DNA of 64,000 nt from Cyanophyceae cyanobacterium (GTDB lineage Bacteria; Cyanobacteriota; Cyanobacteriia; Cyanobacteriales; Laspinemataceae), in NCBI GenBank assembly GCA_038321985.1, contig JBBQFN010000004.1, positions 224,001 through 288,000 on the forward strand, written 5' to 3'. Shown in pieces: positions 60,932-64,000 of this stretch (positions are counted from its first letter, which is position 1; every line of letters begins with the position of its first letter). Under the pieces are notes generated by a model, which did not search any database, was not told the DNA's origin, and saw only the letters and a program-made list of their open reading frames with translations. A program made the position numbers and the translations under genes.

Positions 60932-63103
60932 TTATTTGAGGTAAATTAGGAGGTTTAATCCGGGGATGGTTCGGGAGAGAGTCCAGAGGAGGAGGCTGAG
61001 ATAGAGGAGGCCGAGGGTCCATTGATACCAGACTAAACTGGAGATGATACCGGGGAGATGTTCGTCTCGCAGGCGGATGTCATTGAAGCCAAATTTTAGC
61101 AGGTTATTGAGGCTGAAATCGTAGTAATTTAGCCAGTTCCATCGGCGGTTCCAAAGGAGGGGGAGATAGCGTTCTCTCATGGCGGGAAAGCGGGGGATGA
61201 TGGGTAAGCGTCCGATCGCCAAGCGGAGTTGCCGCATTCCGGTATCTTCTACAAAATAGCTGGAGTCGATTAGGTTATGATAGCGACCTTTTTTGTAGAG
61301 AATGGCTAATAAAATGGTAGGGAGGGGAACAATAACAATTGCCAAACAGGTTAAGGTTAATAGGGGTTCATTGCTAGTGCGAATAATGGCTAACATTCCG
61401 GTACCTCCTAATCCGAGACAAGTGGACAGCATCCAGGGGGTTTCAAAGGCAGTTGGAACGATGGGTTTGGGAAGAATCCGGCGATAGCGATCGACAAACC
61501 AAAATAAAACACTGAAATAGGCGATCGCCACCAGTCCCACCCCAAAAATTAGCCAAAAGCTGGTCCCGTATCGCGTCAGCAGCAGGAGTACACTTAATCC
61601 TAACCAATGGACTGCCGTTCGGAACCTAGCCGCCAGAGAAAGGGGTTCACCTGCCACCGCGCGATCGCGTAATTTGATATAACTGGCTAAGTCAATTTCT
61701 TTTAGATTCAGGACTTCACTCACATTACCAAAGATGAGATCGCCTTGACTACGGACAATCGCATCGGCTTGATTTTCCGATAATCCTAGTTTGATTAGCT
61801 GTTGTTGAGAAGCGGTATTAATATTAATTCCGGCTAATTTATGAAATAGACTCTTCTGGCGCAGATGTTCAGTCAAATATTCCATCTGATTGGCATCAGC
61901 AATTTGTTCTTGTTGTCGGAAATTTCGGACTAACTGACGCAGAAGGGTTTCATTCCCCGGTAGAGTAGGAAGGGACAGCTTTTTGCCAATTTGTCCGGGG
62001 TCGCCAGTGATTCTAGCGGATTCCGAATCAAACCGCAATCCGGCAACATTAATATAAGCAGAATTAGCAAATGTGCTATCGCTGAAAGCCAAGCGATCGC
62101 GAAGGCTAGACTCCCGCAAATTGATAGACTGATTAAATGAAGTTTCTCGAAAACTGGCAATATTACGAAAATTAGTTTCGGTTAAAAATAACGATTCAGC
62201 AAACTTAGCACGGTCAAATAAAGCTGGGTTTTCCCACTTACAACCACTAAAATCAGCATGACTATTCCACTGCGATCGCGTAAAATTAGCTAACTGATTA
62301 AACTGGACTTGATTAAAATTTCCCGAACCTTCAAACCGAGTGGCTTTAAAATTAGCCACTCCTTGAAATAAGCCTTGATTAAACCTAATATCTTGAAAGA
62401 ACATACTGCCTTGAAATCGAGCTTCTGCTGCAAAATTGGCTCCTGCAAAGCTGCTAAGTTTACTGAATCGAGTTTCGGACCAATCCGCTAATTTATCAAA
62501 ATTTGCTCCCATTGCTTCAACGCGATTCAGGAAAAAACTATGGTTAAAATTAACCTCTCCCATAAAATGAGTATGAACCAGTTTAATGGGTTCTTGAAAT
62601 AAAGTAATTTCTACTTGATCCGGGGGAACACCAAGCAGCGATCGCGACAGTTGACTCAAACGCGCCAACCGGGTGCGATCGCGTTGAAGCTGCGATCGCT
62701 CTTGATCGGAGAATAACGGTAAAAAAGTCTCTCCGTAAAGCGGTGCTCTCAAGCCTAACTCATTTCCGGCAAAATCTCCCTTAATAATAGAATAGGATAA
62801 ATCTAAGGCGATCGGTGTTCCGGACCGATTCAGTTGATTTTGCAAAAGTGGATAAAATCGGTTTCTAAACTCTTCATTAGTGGGGGTCAAATCGATAACA
62901 AACTCGCGTAAATCAATAGTCCGGACCCCTTCCAAAGTAATCGGGGAGTTAATTCGCTGTTGTAATTGCTCTAGGGTGAGCTGTTCTAGGGTATCTAGGT
63001 TAGGGTTTAAGGGGGTAGTTTCTGCATTAGCGGGTAGAGAAATTACTGAGTTAAAGATTAAAGCTATAAAGATTATAAAAACTAAAATTATTTGCTTTTT
63101 CAT
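60932..63103 (-). CDS. Pentapeptide-repeat membrane protein with HhH domain and channel-like C-terminus
   Basis: Signal peptide; 11-residue (A.F....F...) repeats; ININTASQQQL..LGL....A.AIV HhH-like motif; several TMs with FSLNNLLKFGFND. Confidence 0.8.
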   Translation of the reverse strand: MKKQIILVFIIFIALIFNSVISLPANAETTPLNPNLDTLEQLTLEQLQQRINSPITLEGVRTIDLREFVIDLTPTNEEFRNRFYPLLQNQLNRSGTPIALDLSYSIIKGDFAGNELGLRAPLYGETFLPLFSDQERSQLQRDRTRLARLSQLSRSLLGVPPDQVEITLFQEPIKLVHTHFMGEVNFNHSFFLNRVEAMGANFDKLADWSETRFSKLSSFAGANFAAEARFQGSMFFQDIRFNQGLFQGVANFKATRFEGSGNFNQVQFNQLANFTRSQWNSHADFSGCKWENPALFDRAKFAESLFLTETNFRNIASFRETSFNQSINLRESSLRDRLAFSDSTFANSAYINVAGLRFDSESARITGDPGQIGKKLSLPTLPGNETLLRQLVRNFRQQEQIADANQMEYLTEHLRQKSLFHKLAGININTASQQQLIKLGLSENQADAIVRSQGDLIFGNVSEVLNLKEIDLASYIKLRDRAVAGEPLSLAARFRTAVHWLGLSVLLLLTRYGTSFWLIFGVGLVAIAYFSVLFWFVDRYRRILPKPIVPTAFETPWMLSTCLGLGGTGMLAIIRTSNEPLLTLTCLAIVIVPLPTILLAILYKKGRYHNLIDSSYFVEDTGMRQLRLAIGRLPIIPRFPAMRERYLPLLWNRRWNWLNYYDFSLNNLLKFGFNDIRLRDEHLPGIISSLVWYQWTLGLLYLSLLLWTLSRTIPGLNLLIYLK

Positions 63104-63150
63104 CCAGATTTTTATTAAAATTAAAAATAATTCAGAGATATATCTCCTAT

Positions 63151-63249
63151 GTTTGTAGTAACGACTTTATTCCTTATTCCAATCTTAGAAAGAAACGACT
63201 AAAGTCGTTACTACAAACCAAAGAAACGAGTGAAGTCGTTACTACAAAC
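63151..63249. repeat. REP-like family A cluster (+,-,-)
   Basis: Copies at 63151-63175(+), 63194-63218(-) and 63225-63249(-). Confidence 0.85.
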
Positions 63250-63256
63250 TTACTTA

Positions 63257-64000
63257 TTAGTGGCCGATAGTTAAGACAATTTTACCTTGCATTGAACCTG
63301 TTTCTAACAACTGATGGGCTGCCACAGCTTGTTCTAAGGGGTAAGTTTTACCAACCTCAATTTTGAGCTTACCTTCATCAAATAAACGAGAACATTGCTG
63401 TAATATTTTGGCTTGATTTTGTTGTTCCTTCATCCGATTTTGTAACATAGGAGTCAGCATCAGTTCCAAACTGATGCTCTGGTTTCGGAGTCGTGCGGTT
63501 TTTAACGTGCCGTGCTCGGGACTGGGTTCTAAAATGGTGACAACATCCCCATAAAGTCGCACGGCTTCACAAGTGTCATAAAATATTTTGTCACCCACTG
63601 TATCAAATCCAATATCTGCACCTTCCCCATCAGTCCATGCCATCACGGCTTCCGTGACGTTTTGTTGCTTATACATAATGGTTAAATCTGCACCCAATTG
63701 GCGGACAAACTCTGCTTTTTCCGGGGTGCTGACGGTGGTGGCGACTTCAGCACCTTTTAGTTTGGCGAGTTGGATTGCAACATGACCCACACCCCCAGAA
63801 CCGGCTTGAATTAGCACTTTTTGTCCCGTTTGGAGGCGAGTGCGATCGTAGAGGGCTTCCCAGGCGGTAATCAAGACGAGGGGTGCTGCTGCGGCCTCTA
63901 CAAAGCTCAAAGAAGTAGGTTTTTTGGCAACAAATCGTTCGTCGATCGCAATATATTCGGCATAATTTCCGTGAGGTCCACCCAATCCCCCATGGCAGAA
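63257..64000 (-). CDS. MDR-family (quinone oxidoreductase / Zn-ADH-like) oxidoreductase, 5' end outside the window
   Basis: AAAAPLVLITAWEAL, AGSGGVG and GKIVL motifs; the frame is open to the window edge. Confidence 0.9.
   Translation of the reverse strand, partial: FCHGGLGGPHGNYAEYIAIDERFVAKKPTSLSFVEAAAAPLVLITAWEALYDRTRLQTGQKVLIQAGSGGVGHVAIQLAKLKGAEVATTVSTPEKAEFVRQLGADLTIMYKQQNVTEAVMAWTDGEGADIGFDTVGDKIFYDTCEAVRLYGDVVTILEPSPEHGTLKTARLRNQSISLELMLTPMLQNRMKEQQNQAKILQQCSRLFDEGKLKIEVGKTYPLEQAVAAHQLLETGSMQGKIVLTIGH

Larger units (their letters stand above)
1..64000. repeat. HIP1 (highly iterated palindrome GCGATCGC) dispersed throughout
   Basis: Many dozens of copies in coding and non-coding DNA, e.g. 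88-95, 23835-23842, 23857-23864. This is a cyanobacterial hallmark. Confidence 0.95.

Noticed and set aside
100..63785. Numerous short antisense, alternate-frame or intergenic ORFs in the ORF track (e.g. 753-1136, 13905-14189, 15745-16230, 33863-34156, 39382-39825, 54635-54898)
   Set aside because: They are shadows of well-supported genes or lie over promoters/oriC, and show no recognisable domains.

Overview
Cyanobacterial chromosome segment, probably from a filamentous Oscillatoriales-type organism. The basis is very frequent HIP1 GCGATCGC, psbX, ycf66, NtcA boxes and TTTTCCACA DnaA boxes. The window spans the probable oriC between dnaA and dnaN. Contents in order: the end of a polysaccharide export/glycosyltransferase cluster; rnhA; treZ-treY-trehalase; an unusual DNA-ligase-derived, membrane-anchored coiled-coil protein; an NtcA/NtcB-type nirA(+ferredoxin)-X-Y-nrtP-narB nitrate cluster in which X and Y are TonB/TolA-like paralogues; a PIN toxin-antitoxin pair; glk, def, an HtrA protease, dnaA, dnaN; tRNA-Leu(GAG); accC-yggT-psbX-ycf66-two PD40 lipoproteins; GH31 and GH57 hydrolases; Nfu; tandem GAF histidine kinases; lepA; uxs-ugd; chrA; a pentapeptide/HhH membrane protein; and a partial MDR oxidoreductase. 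No CRISPR array, rRNA or intact transposase was seen. Several REP/MITE-like repeat families fill the intergenic space. The most interesting candidates are (1) a protein built from the DNA-binding half of LigA, with no catalytic domain, fused to a long coiled coil and a C-terminal membrane anchor, (2) the two TonB/TolA-like proteins inside the nitrate cluster, and (3) a recurrent 7-2-7 promoter motif ahead of trehalose/EPS/stress genes. All calls are by eye and from recalled family motifs. No database searches were run.
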